Origin: an uncultured delta proteobacterium
GTDB taxonomy: Bacteria > Desulfobacterota > Syntrophia > Syntrophales > UBA2185
Assembly: GCA_963729715.1 (NCBI GenBank)
Contig: CAVSPA010000005.1
Span: forward strand, 160,001-224,000
Direction: 5' to 3'
Length of the DNA: 64,000 bases
Shown here: positions 8,748 to 18,127 of the stretch, one piece after another
How the letters are laid out: each line of letters begins with the position of its first letter
Numbering within the stretch: the stretch's first letter is position 1
Made by a program: the position numbers and the translations under genes
Notes under the pieces: generated by a model
Seen by the model: only the letters and a program-made list of their open reading frames with translations
What the model was told of the DNA's origin: nothing
Database searches by the model: none

Positions 8748-9596
8748 ATGGCACTCAGTGCAAAGGGTCAGCGCGGCGCGGAAAGCAAAACAGCCTGGCG
8801 GGTTGCCAAGCTGCTGTTATCGCCGTTTGCCGCCGTTGGCAGGACGGCGATCAGTTGGGTCAACAATTCAGGGGCCTCCGCAATTTTTTTCGTTCTCGCC
8901 CTAAGGAAGACCTTCTGGCACAAACAGCTATCCAAGATTGTCCAGCAGCTCTACTTCATCGGAGCGAGTTCTACGACTATCATCCTCCTCGTCGGCTTCT
9001 TCACAGGCATGGTCCTAGGCCTCCAGTCTTACCATGCCCTCGTCAAATTGGGTGCACAGGGGGCAATCGGCACACTCGTGGCACTTTCGCTGGTAAGGGA
9101 ATTGGGGCCCGTTCTCACAGCCATCATGATTACAGCGAGAGCCGGTTCCGCCATCACCGCCGAGATCGGCGTCCAGCGCATCTCCGAGCAAATCGACGCC
9201 CTGGACACCATGCGTATTGATCCACTGCGGTACCTCATCAGCCCGAGAATTATCGCAGCGATCATCAGCTTTCCCTTGCTCACGGCGCTTTTTGATCTCA
9301 TCGGCATCATCGGGGGCTACGCCTCCGCAGTGGTGCTTCTGGGTGCTAACGCCGGCACGTACTTACATCGCGTCCAGGCCAGCCTGGAGATGAAAGATCT
9401 CACGGACGGGTTTATCAAGGCAGTAGTTTTCGCTGTGATCGTAGTTACCGTCTGCTGTTATCAGGGCTATTTCACACACATGCGCGATGACAGTCATGGG
9501 GCCAAGGCCGTCGGCGTTTCCACCACCTCGGCCGTCGTGCTTTCCTCCGTGCTCGTTCTTGTTGCGGATTATATAGTGACATCGTTGTTGATATAG
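8748..9596 (+). CDS. mlaE: MlaE ABC transporter permease
   Basis: RELGPVLTA, ARAGSAITAEIG, SEQIDAL and PRIIA motifs. Confidence 0.95.
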   Translation: MALSAKGQRGAESKTAWRVAKLLLSPFAAVGRTAISWVNNSGASAIFFVLALRKTFWHKQLSKIVQQLYFIGASSTTIILLVGFFTGMVLGLQSYHALVKLGAQGAIGTLVALSLVRELGPVLTAIMITARAGSAITAEIGVQRISEQIDALDTMRIDPLRYLISPRIIAAIISFPLLTALFDLIGIIGGYASAVVLLGANAGTYLHRVQASLEMKDLTDGFIKAVVFAVIVVTVCCYQGYFTHMRDDSHGAKAVGVSTTSAVVLSSVLVLVADYIVTSLLI

Positions 9597-9604
9597 AGAG
9601 GCCC

Positions 9605-10849
9605 ATGGATACTCCCTTGATTGAATTTAAAAATGTCACGAAGCGCTTCGGAAGGCGGACTATCCTCGAAGGCGTTAACCTCAAAATCTATGAGGGAGAG
9701 GTTACGACCATCATTGGACTCTCCGGCGGAGGCAAGACGGTTCTTTTGAAGCATATCATAGGTCTCATAAAGCCTGACGAGGGAACCATCCTCTTTCGGG
9801 GCAAACCACTCAACGGGATGAGCAAGAGCGAGGTGGATGCCTCACTTGCCCAGATGAGCTACATGTTTCAAGACAACGCCCTCTTCGACTCCATGACGGT
9901 CTATGAAAACATAGCCCTTCCCCTCCGAGAAAGGACGACCATGACAAAGGCTGAAATCGCCCGTAAGGTTATGGCAAGAATGGAGCAGACGGAGCTCACC
10001 GACTCAGCCCGCAAGTTTCCTTCCGAACTTTCCGGTGGTATGCAAAAACGGGCGGCTCTGGCCCGTGCACTGGTGATTGATCCCACTATTGTTCTCTTTG
10101 ACGAGCCCACCTCCGGCCAGGACCCTGTCCGGAAAAATGCGATACTGAGCATGATTGCCCAGTACCAGAGGAAATTCGGCTTTACGGCTATCGTAGTCAG
10201 CCATGAGATTCCCGACGTATACTTCATCTCAAACCGCATCCTTGCCCTCTACGGGCGCCATATCGTTTTTCAGGGTACTCCGGAGGAGCTTGAAGACTTC
10301 GACCATCCTTTTAAAGACGAGGTCATCCGCAGCCTGGAAGGCCTGCAAAAGGAATTGACGGGTCTGCACTCCAAGCGGCAGTTCAAGGTCATGTATCATG
10401 GTCAGATGAAGCGAAGATCCATCAGGGATACATACTGCGTCGCGGTCTTTAAACTGGATTCGCTGGATGCCATCGTCGCAAGCTTGGGCCACGAATCGGC
10501 ACAGGAGACTATACAGTCTATGGGGGTGTATATCGATAAGCACTTTGGCGCCATAGGGGGCTTTTCCACCCGCCGCAGCATTAATGAATTCGTTACAGTC
10601 TTTCCCTATTCGGAACTGGACGAGGCTGAGGATTTGCTGGAAGATTTTGTCAAGGATTTTCAAGAGCACGGAATTGGTGAAATTTTGGCGGGGGCTCGCG
10701 AGAGGACGGCACCGGGAACGTGCGTTGACTTCACTATCCTCGCCGGACTTGCCCAGGGACAGCCCATTGCAGAAATAGAAACAATTATAGCGTCTGCCGA
10801 AAGTAAGCAGAAAGAAATTGGACGGCTGCGGTGCGCCGTCGAGGAGTAA
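9605..10849 (+). CDS. mlaF: MlaF/Mkl ABC ATPase with a C-terminal degenerate GGDEF-like extension
   Basis: Walker A GLSGGGKT, LSGGMQKR, Walker B FDEP; about 165 extra C-terminal residues. Confidence 0.9.
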   Translation: MDTPLIEFKNVTKRFGRRTILEGVNLKIYEGEVTTIIGLSGGGKTVLLKHIIGLIKPDEGTILFRGKPLNGMSKSEVDASLAQMSYMFQDNALFDSMTVYENIALPLRERTTMTKAEIARKVMARMEQTELTDSARKFPSELSGGMQKRAALARALVIDPTIVLFDEPTSGQDPVRKNAILSMIAQYQRKFGFTAIVVSHEIPDVYFISNRILALYGRHIVFQGTPEELEDFDHPFKDEVIRSLEGLQKELTGLHSKRQFKVMYHGQMKRRSIRDTYCVAVFKLDSLDAIVASLGHESAQETIQSMGVYIDKHFGAIGGFSTRRSINEFVTVFPYSELDEAEDLLEDFVKDFQEHGIGEILAGARERTAPGTCVDFTILAGLAQGQPIAEIETIIASAESKQKEIGRLRCAVEE

Positions 10850-10853
10850 GCAA

Positions 10854-11357
10854 ATGAAAAAGTACCTGATGGAGACAACTGTCGGCATATTCGTCGTGTT
10901 CGGACTGCTCTGCATAGCATATATGAGCGTAAAGCTTGGCCACGTATCCTTGATTGGCGACAACTCCTACTCAATATATGCGCGATTCACGTCCGTTTCC
11001 GGACTGAGAGTCGGCAATCCTGTGAATATGCTTGGTCTCGATATAGGACGAGTGGAGAGTCTTTCCATGGATCAGACAGATCAAAGGGCGGTTGTGGAAA
11101 TGCGAATAAAGAAGGATGTTAAGATTTACGATGACGCCATCGCTTCTATCAAAACGGAAGGGCTCATAGGCGACAAGTACGTCAGCATCGATCCCGGCGG
11201 CGCAGATACAGTCCTTGATCCCGGCGGCACCATTACGGAGACGCAGCCGGCCATAGATATTGCAGAGCTTATCGGCAAGTATGCCTTCGGCGACGTGAAG
11301 AAGAACGATGACAAGAAAGATTCTGATGCCAAAAAAAATACTGAGGTTAAGCCATGA
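10854..11357 (+). CDS. mlaD: MlaD (MCE domain) protein
   Basis: ETTVGIFV, SGLRVG..V...G..IGRV, TEGLIGDKYVSIDPG. Confidence 0.95.
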   Translation: MKKYLMETTVGIFVVFGLLCIAYMSVKLGHVSLIGDNSYSIYARFTSVSGLRVGNPVNMLGLDIGRVESLSMDQTDQRAVVEMRIKKDVKIYDDAIASIKTEGLIGDKYVSIDPGGADTVLDPGGTITETQPAIDIAELIGKYAFGDVKKNDDKKDSDAKKNTEVKP

Positions 11358-11947
11358 AGCGACTGTTCGTCTTATTAAGCATCCTGATGCTCTTTCTCAT
11401 AACCTCTGTCGTGTATGCCGGCGCACCGATGGACGCGGTTAAGGCAAACGCCGACAAGGTCCTCGACGTATTGCGCGATCCGAAGCTCAAGGCACCGTCG
11501 GCCAAAGAGATAAAGAAGGATAAACTCCGGGCCATCTATACAACCATGTTTGACGAAGTAGAACTTTCCCGGCGGTCCCTCGGGATGAATTGGAACAAGC
11601 TGAATGCGGCTCAGCGTCAGGAGTTCGTCAAGCTGTTCGAGCAGGTTCTGGAGAAGGCATACGCCGACAGGATCCTGGCTTACACGAACGAGAAGATCGA
11701 GTTCACCAAAGAATCGGCGGTCGGAACCAACTTGGCGGAAGTGCGGACGAAGGTCGTCACCGCCTCAAAGGAGATACCTATTTCTTACAGGGTCATCCTG
11801 AAGGACGGCACCTGGAAAGTGTATGACGTTGTCATAGAGAATGTGAGTCTGGTACAGAACTATCGTACCCAGTTTAATGACATACTAGCAAAAAATACGC
11901 CTGAACAGTTGCTTGAGATCCTCAGAAAAAAGGTGACGGCGCAGTAG
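11354..11947 (+). CDS. mlaC: MlaC/Ttg2D periplasmic phospholipid-binding protein
   Basis: Signal peptide; LG.NW, WKVYDVVIENVSLVQNYRTQF. Confidence 0.95.
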   Translation: MKRLFVLLSILMLFLITSVVYAGAPMDAVKANADKVLDVLRDPKLKAPSAKEIKKDKLRAIYTTMFDEVELSRRSLGMNWNKLNAAQRQEFVKLFEQVLEKAYADRILAYTNEKIEFTKESAVGTNLAEVRTKVVTASKEIPISYRVILKDGTWKVYDVVIENVSLVQNYRTQFNDILAKNTPEQLLEILRKKVTAQ

Positions 11948-11991
11948 GATACAGAGAGCAACGACAAACCACTGAAGAGGGGCTCTTGCTG

Positions 11992-12957
11992 ATGAAATCT
12001 TCCTCGCTCGCGATTGTGCTGTTCGCCTTCATTGCCGTGGGCTGGTCGTACGCCGCACACGCCGCTCCTCCGCCCGCATCGCCGGATGCATCCTCCCAGA
12101 CACAGCCAGCACCGGCTACTCCTGTATCACCGGATACGTCCACCCAGGCACAACCCGCCCCGGCTACTTCCACGCCGGAGGAGACGCCTGCGAAAGCGCC
12201 GGAGGCTCCAGCTACGTCTGCGGAGCTCCAGGGCAAGACAGAAGACATGGGTGGAGAGTACAAAGAAGAGACCCAGGAGGAACAGGCGCCCGCGATTGCG
12301 GACCCCATCGAGCCCTTCAACCGGTCCATGTTCGAATTCAATGACAAGCTGTACTTCTGGCTCCTCAAGCCTGTAGCGCAGGGATACAAGGCAGTAGTCC
12401 CCGAAGATGCGCGGGTGAGCGTGAAAAATTTCTTCTCCAATCTCGGATTCCCGATCCGGTTCGTGAGCTGCCTGCTGCAGGCGGACGTAAACTGTGCGGC
12501 CACGGAAGTGGGGCGCTTCACCGTAAACACCGTCTGGGGCATCGGTGGGCTTATGGACCCCGCCGCGAGCAAGAATATAAATCTCCAGAAGCAGGAGGTG
12601 GACCTGGGGCAGACACTCGGAATATGGGGAGTGGGACAGGGTTTCTACATTGTCTGGCCTTTACTCGGATCATCCAGTGCGCGGGATTCTATAGACATAG
12701 CCGGTGAGTATTTCTTCTATCCCCCGTCCTATATGGGTGAGATCGCTCCCTGGTATGTGTGGCCCATAGTCAGGTCATACGAAGAAGTGAATAGGACGTC
12801 TCTCCGGATCGGCGACTATGAGGCCCTGAAGTCGGCGGCCATCGATCCGTACGTGGCGGTCCGCGATGCCTATGTCCAGTATCGCTGGAAGAAGATAAAA
12901 TTGAAGGGTGCACCGATAGAGGAACTTGCTCCGAGCGGAATGAGGATGGAGAGATGA
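11992..12957 (+). CDS. mlaA: MlaA/VacJ-family protein with a Pro/Ala-rich N-terminal extension
   Basis: DPIEPFNRSMF.FND, RF.VNT..G.GG..D, D.GQTLG.WG, DPYVAVRDAY.Q. Confidence 0.9.
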   Translation: MKSSSLAIVLFAFIAVGWSYAAHAAPPPASPDASSQTQPAPATPVSPDTSTQAQPAPATSTPEETPAKAPEAPATSAELQGKTEDMGGEYKEETQEEQAPAIADPIEPFNRSMFEFNDKLYFWLLKPVAQGYKAVVPEDARVSVKNFFSNLGFPIRFVSCLLQADVNCAATEVGRFTVNTVWGIGGLMDPAASKNINLQKQEVDLGQTLGIWGVGQGFYIVWPLLGSSSARDSIDIAGEYFFYPPSYMGEIAPWYVWPIVRSYEEVNRTSLRIGDYEALKSAAIDPYVAVRDAYVQYRWKKIKLKGAPIEELAPSGMRMER

Positions 12958-13787
12958 CGGGCCCGGGCATGAAGAACATACGAAAATCCAAGGCAGGAAT
13001 TCATACGAAAGCGCTTAGAATAATCGTCATATCAGTATTCATTGCAGTCGTCATGCAGGGAATAGCCGCGGCCGGCGGACCTTTTGGCGCGCCTCAACCC
13101 ATCGCAAGAGAGACCGGAGGATTACATACGGCCATCGGCTACTGGCATCATGAAGATATTTACAAGAACGGCGCAGAATTCGTGACCAGGCAGGATCAGG
13201 TTTACTCGGAAGCGGGCTACGGCGCGCAAAATCGCTGGGACATATATGGGCGGATAGGTGTCGCAAATCTGAAAATCCAGGATGCCTTTAGCTCTTCAAG
13301 CGCTCTGACTACGACATCCAATAATGATTTTGACGAGAACTGGAAATTTTTTGGCACACTCGGAGTCAAAGTGTTCTATCCTTTCAGCAAGACATTCGGA
13401 ATGGGGGCATTTGTCCAAGGAACATATTCCTTCAACAGTCTCAAAGATGATGTTTCAGGAACAAATGGCGGCGCCCCTTATAGGGCGGTGCTCAGCGTGA
13501 ATGATCTGTGGGATGTGAATTTTGGTATTGGGTTCCAGGCCACAATTCCATTTGGTATACGGCTCTATGCCGGTCCATACGTTTACTACTCGGAGGCAAC
13601 GGCGTCTTTGTCCGCGAACGTACCGGATCTTCAATTTTCAACAGCGGATACTACGATTAAGAATAAGGCGAATACGGGAGGGTTTGCAGGAATCGACCTG
13701 CCTCTTGCCAAGGGATTCCGTATGAACGTCGAAGGACAATATTCCGAGAGATTGTCTGCCGGCGGCGCAATCACCTACACCTACTGA
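12954..13787 (+). CDS. Putative outer-membrane beta-barrel protein
   Basis: Signal peptide, alternating amphipathic strands, C-terminal aromatic beta-signal (ITYTY); overlaps the mlaA stop. Confidence 0.7.
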   Translation: MTGPGMKNIRKSKAGIHTKALRIIVISVFIAVVMQGIAAAGGPFGAPQPIARETGGLHTAIGYWHHEDIYKNGAEFVTRQDQVYSEAGYGAQNRWDIYGRIGVANLKIQDAFSSSSALTTTSNNDFDENWKFFGTLGVKVFYPFSKTFGMGAFVQGTYSFNSLKDDVSGTNGGAPYRAVLSVNDLWDVNFGIGFQATIPFGIRLYAGPYVYYSEATASLSANVPDLQFSTADTTIKNKANTGGFAGIDLPLAKGFRMNVEGQYSERLSAGGAITYTY

Positions 13788-13798
13788 ACGCCGCATCA

Positions 13799-13873
13799 GC
13801 AGGACCAAGGTCCTGCACTACATTTCATTGATTGCTTTTCACGGAATGACAAAACGCAGACTTTCAGGTCTGC
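13799..13873. repeat. GTAG-type REP palindromes
   Basis: GCAGGACCAAGGTCCTGCACTAC and GCAGACTTTCAGGTCTGC; matching units at 16857-16918. Confidence 0.75.
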
Positions 13874-13884
13874 CGTATTTCTGC

Positions 13885-14619
13885 CTACTTCACGAGCGCC
13901 TTCTCCAGGTTCGCTCCCGCTTCCCGAAAATCCGGTTTTATTCGGATTGCCTCACGGAAATGCGCAACCGCTTCGTCCGACCTTCCCAGTTGTGCTAATG
14001 CTATGCCCATGTTGTTGTGGACTGCCGCAACATCAGGTGGTATCTTGAGGATACCGGCATATTGAGAAATGGCCTCTTCCAGTCTTCCCTGCCGAGCCAA
14101 CGCATTGGCAAGGTTGTAGCGCGTTTCAAAATCGTCCGGACTGATTCTCAAGGCTTCTTCATAATGGGGGATGGCCCCGGTGAACCTTCCCCGTTCCGCG
14201 AGCCAGGCAACGGACTCAATATGGAGGGGGTGAATGGCGAATACGGCCGCTACAAAGGCGCTCTTCCAGAGTCCTTTGGTCATCCTGTGAAGAACGAGGA
14301 AGAGCAAGACGGTGTTCGCAATATGAAAGAAAAGGTTTACCAGGTGATGTGGGCCCGGCTTCAATCCGAACAACTGACAATCCAACATGTGGGAGAGCCA
14401 GGTCAGAGGATGCCAGTTGCTTGCATAAAGGGTCGTAAAGGCTCAGTGCACATTCTCAGATGTCATACCGGTTCGCACGTGGGGGTTTCCAGTTACATAT
14501 TGGATGTCATCGAGGTTGATGAAATCGTGTTTGCCGACCTGCCAGAATACGGCAACGGTGATGAGGACGAGAGATAAGGAAATAATGAGGTCACGATGGA
14601 TAGGCTTTAGTTTGTGCAT
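13885..14619 (-). pseudogene. Degenerate paralog of the adjacent TMTC-like TPR protein
   Basis: Starts MHKLKPIHRD; TGA at codon 59 (14443-14445) where the paralog has Trp59; roughly 300 codons deleted internally. Confidence 0.85.
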
Positions 14620-14658
14620 GATTAGTAGGTATGTGGCACCGGCTCCAGGTCTGCCTTA

Positions 14659-16815
14659 TTACTTGCCCTGCATCTCAAGCAGGAGCTTTAGGTTTCTTTT
14701 TGCTTCTTCATAATCGGGCTGCAGCTGCAAAGCCTTCCTGAGATGACCGATTGCCTCGTCTGTTTTCCCTTTCTGCGCCAGCGCTACGGCGAGGCTGTTA
14801 TGCGCTTTCGCAAGCTTTGGATTGATCTTCAAGGCCGTCTCAAAGTGTTCCGTAGCCTCATCCAGAGCTCCCTTATATGTTAAAGCCACGCCAAGGCTGT
14901 TATGGACCTCTGCAATATCAGGCTTAATCTTGAGGGCCTTGCGGAAATGTTCGATGGCTTTATCGAGATTACGCTTCTGCGCCATAATCAAACCGAGCGA
15001 GACATGAGCCGCTGCGAGCTTCGGGTTTAACCGCAGCGCCTCTTCGAGCTTGGGGATGGCCTCATCGGCATCGCCCTCCTGAAAAAGAGACAGGCCCATA
15101 CGCAGCTGGCCTTCGGCGCTGTTCGGATCCACCGGTTCTATAGCTACTTTTTCAGGAGGAGGTTTTTTAGTTCTTGCCTGCCCCATGAGCGCCTTTTCCA
15201 GGTTCGATCCTGCATCCAGAAAATCGGGTTTTATGCGGATCGCTTCGCGGAAATGATCAACGGCCTCGTCTGTTCTCCCCAATTGAGACAATGCTATGCC
15301 CATGTTGTTGTGGACTGCCGCAGAATCAGGCCGTGTCTTGAGTATACCTGTATAGCGAGAGACGGCCTCTTCCAGTTTTCCCTGCCTTGCGAGGGCATTG
15401 GCCAGGTTGTAACGGGCTTCAAAATCATCAGGCCTGATTCTCAAAGCCTCTTGATAATGTGCGATGGCTTCCCCGAATTTGTCCTGTTCCGCGAGAGACG
15501 CGCCCATATTGGTTTCTATTACAAAATTATTTCTTGTAACGCTGAGGGCCCTTGCAAAAAGAGTCTCGCTGTTCTGCCAGTAGCGGATCTGAAATAGCGA
15601 GACTGTCATTAGAGCCGCAATTGCACACACCGCGAGAGCGGTAAGAGCAATGCGATGAAAGCGCCAGCGTGCCAGCAAATCCGGCGCCGCCCAGGCGATT
15701 GCCACAACCAGTCCGATCAGAGGCAGATACGTGTACCGGTCCGCCATGGACTGGTATCCGACCTGTACCAGGCCGATGACGGGTACGAGAGTGCCCAGAT
15801 ACCACAACCAGCCTACTATGATATAAGGGTAGCGCTTCCTCAAACGCATGGCAACCGCGGTAATCAGAATCAGCAGCAAAACAGCGCCGCCGATTTGCGA
15901 CGAGGGGATTACATCCGGATAGGGATATAATACCGCCAGGTCGTGAGGCCAGATCATTTTCCCCATGTAGGAAATATAAGAGACCAGGGCATTACTGATC
16001 CGTGCAGCAAACGGCAGCGACACGATCGGGGCAATACCGGACCACTGCGCAAACAGTGTAACACAGATGGATGCGGCTGAAAGGATGAAGAGGGGAATCT
16101 TTTCAATAACCAGCCCCATGACTGATCTCTTCCCGTTCCCATCTCCCACGACTTTAAGGTCGTTTGGATCTTTATTGAAGACCAGCCCGTTCATGTGCAA
16201 ACGGCCGAGGGGCCAGAAATCCAGGAGAAGCAAGACAAAGGGCAGGGTCACGAGCATCGGTTTAGACATGAGCCCGAGGACAAAGAATAGAAGAATCGCA
16301 AGATAGCGGTAAATGCCCGGACGCTCCACATAGCGGACATACGCCCAGATGGTCATCATGAAGAAGAATGTGCTTAACACATCCTTGCGTTCTGCGACCC
16401 AGGCCACGGATTCAATATGGAGAGGATGGATGGCAAACAGCGCCGCCACAAACGCGCTCCGCCAGGGAAGATGCGTCATCCGCTTTAGAACAAAGAACAG
16501 CAGCAGCGTATTTATTATATGGAAAAATAAATTGGTGAGATGGTGGCCGGCCGGATCCGTTGCGAAGAGCTGGCAGTCCAGCATGTGCGAGAGCCACGTC
16601 AGGGGATGCCAGTTGTTGGCATAGACCGATTGAAACGCCCAGGCGATGCCGGCCTTTGTCAGTCCCGCTTGCACATGGCGATTCTCGGTGACATATTTGT
16701 CATCATCATAGCGGACGAAGTCAAAGCTGCTCACCTGCCAGAATACGCCGGCGGTCACCAGGATGAGAATAAAGGAAATAATAAGATCGCGATGGACAGG
16801 CTTCAGTTTATGCAT
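14659..16815 (-). CDS. TMTC-like membrane protein (GT-C-type glycosyltransferase region plus TPR repeats)
   Basis: YDD..YV..N, WHPLTWLSH, HPLHIESVAW..ERKD, ADRYTYLP; many TPR repeats. Confidence 0.9.
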   Translation of the reverse strand: MHKLKPVHRDLIISFILILVTAGVFWQVSSFDFVRYDDDKYVTENRHVQAGLTKAGIAWAFQSVYANNWHPLTWLSHMLDCQLFATDPAGHHLTNLFFHIINTLLLFFVLKRMTHLPWRSAFVAALFAIHPLHIESVAWVAERKDVLSTFFFMMTIWAYVRYVERPGIYRYLAILLFFVLGLMSKPMLVTLPFVLLLLDFWPLGRLHMNGLVFNKDPNDLKVVGDGNGKRSVMGLVIEKIPLFILSAASICVTLFAQWSGIAPIVSLPFAARISNALVSYISYMGKMIWPHDLAVLYPYPDVIPSSQIGGAVLLLILITAVAMRLRKRYPYIIVGWLWYLGTLVPVIGLVQVGYQSMADRYTYLPLIGLVVAIAWAAPDLLARWRFHRIALTALAVCAIAALMTVSLFQIRYWQNSETLFARALSVTRNNFVIETNMGASLAEQDKFGEAIAHYQEALRIRPDDFEARYNLANALARQGKLEEAVSRYTGILKTRPDSAAVHNNMGIALSQLGRTDEAVDHFREAIRIKPDFLDAGSNLEKALMGQARTKKPPPEKVAIEPVDPNSAEGQLRMGLSLFQEGDADEAIPKLEEALRLNPKLAAAHVSLGLIMAQKRNLDKAIEHFRKALKIKPDIAEVHNSLGVALTYKGALDEATEHFETALKINPKLAKAHNSLAVALAQKGKTDEAIGHLRKALQLQPDYEEAKRNLKLLLEMQGK

Positions 16816-16856
16816 AAATGTTTAGTGGCGTCATACCTTCAGGTGCGCCATTCTTC

Positions 16857-16918
16857 GCAGGACTAAAGTCCTGCACTACATCTTATTGACGCGACGTAGT
16901 GCAGACCTTCAGGTCTGC
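16857..16918. repeat. GTAG-type REP doublet
   Basis: GCAGGACTAAAGTCCTGCACTAC ... GTAGTGCAGACCTTCAGGTCTGC in opposite orientation. Confidence 0.8.
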
Positions 16919-16931
16919 TGTATCAGCTCCC

Positions 16932-18101
16932 TCATTTCGGCAGCAGTGTCTCCACGAGAGTTGCCCAGTAGCTTGCGCCCACGGGTAGTATCCTGTCGTT
17001 GAAATCATACTGGGACTGATGCAGCCTGCCGGTCTCTTTTGGATTTCCGCCGCCGATCCCCATGTACGCCCCCGGCTTTTCCTTGAGGAAGAAGGCAAAA
17101 TCCTCCGAGGTCATGACGGGTGTGATGTCAGTGAAGACCCGATCCTTTCCCGCGACCATGATCGCAGCCCGTACGGCCTCATCGGTCTCCCGATCCGTAT
17201 TGACGAGAGGCGGATAGCGTCTCTCGTAGGACATGTCAACGGCAACGCCGAAAGAGGCTGAGACGCCGGCACATATCTCTCGCATCCGCGCTTCCACCAT
17301 GTCCTGCACCGCAGGGAGGAAATGGCGCGTCGTCCCCCGCAGCCTGACCATGTCGGGGATAATGTTGTAGGAGGTGCCGCCGTGAATTTCCGTAACACTG
17401 ATTACCGCAGCCTGCGCCGGATTGACATCGCGGCTCACGATGCTCTGGAGGAGGTTCACCAGATAGGCCGCTGCAAGAATAGGGTCCTTCACATTCTGAG
17501 GGGTGGCGGCATGGCCGCCCTTTCCTCTTATTTCTATATCGAAGACATCATAGGCCGCCATCATGGGGCCCTTGCAGATAGCAAACGCCCCTTCCGGTAA
17601 AACGGGAAAATTGTGCAGGGCGAAGACAGACCGGACGGGAAACCGGTCGAAGAGCCCTTCCCGGACCATCCTTCCCCCTCCCCCCTCGTTTTCTTCGGCA
17701 GGCTGAAAGATGAAGTGGACCGTTCCCTCGAAAGTATTACTCGCGGCGAGATATTTCGCCGCGCCGAGGAGCATGCTCATGTGGCCGTCATGGCCGCAGG
17801 CGTGCATCTTCCCTTCGTAGCGTGAGGCATAAGGAAGACCGGTTGCTTCCGTCATATCAAGAGCATCTATATCGGAACGGAGGCCTATGGCCGGCAAACT
17901 TTCTTTGCCCCTCTGAATGGTTGATACAATGCCTGTACCGGCAATGCCCCGATGAATATCAAGGCCGAAGGAGAGCAATCTTTCGGCCACGTAATCAGAA
18001 GTTTCCTTTTCTTGAAAGGCCGTCTCCGGGCAGGCATGAAGCGTACGACGCCACTTCGTCATCTCCTCTGACATCGCCCCGATCTCGTTGTGGACCGCCA
18101 T
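16932..18101 (-). CDS. M20 family amidohydrolase (hippurate hydrolase-like)
   Basis: MHACGHDGH, FQPAEE, G.GGHAA, SEDF. Confidence 0.95.
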   Translation of the reverse strand: MAVHNEIGAMSEEMTKWRRTLHACPETAFQEKETSDYVAERLLSFGLDIHRGIAGTGIVSTIQRGKESLPAIGLRSDIDALDMTEATGLPYASRYEGKMHACGHDGHMSMLLGAAKYLAASNTFEGTVHFIFQPAEENEGGGGRMVREGLFDRFPVRSVFALHNFPVLPEGAFAICKGPMMAAYDVFDIEIRGKGGHAATPQNVKDPILAAAYLVNLLQSIVSRDVNPAQAAVISVTEIHGGTSYNIIPDMVRLRGTTRHFLPAVQDMVEARMREICAGVSASFGVAVDMSYERRYPPLVNTDRETDEAVRAAIMVAGKDRVFTDITPVMTSEDFAFFLKEKPGAYMGIGGGNPKETGRLHQSQYDFNDRILPVGASYWATLVETLLPK

Positions 18102-18127
18102 CGTTTGTCTCCTGGTTATTCCTTGAC

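Noticed and set aside
14443..14445. TGA as Sec or Trp recoding in the TPR paralog
   Set aside because: It aligns to Trp rather than Cys, no SECIS-like hairpin is evident, the gene has a large deletion, and TGA serves as a normal stop elsewhere in the window.
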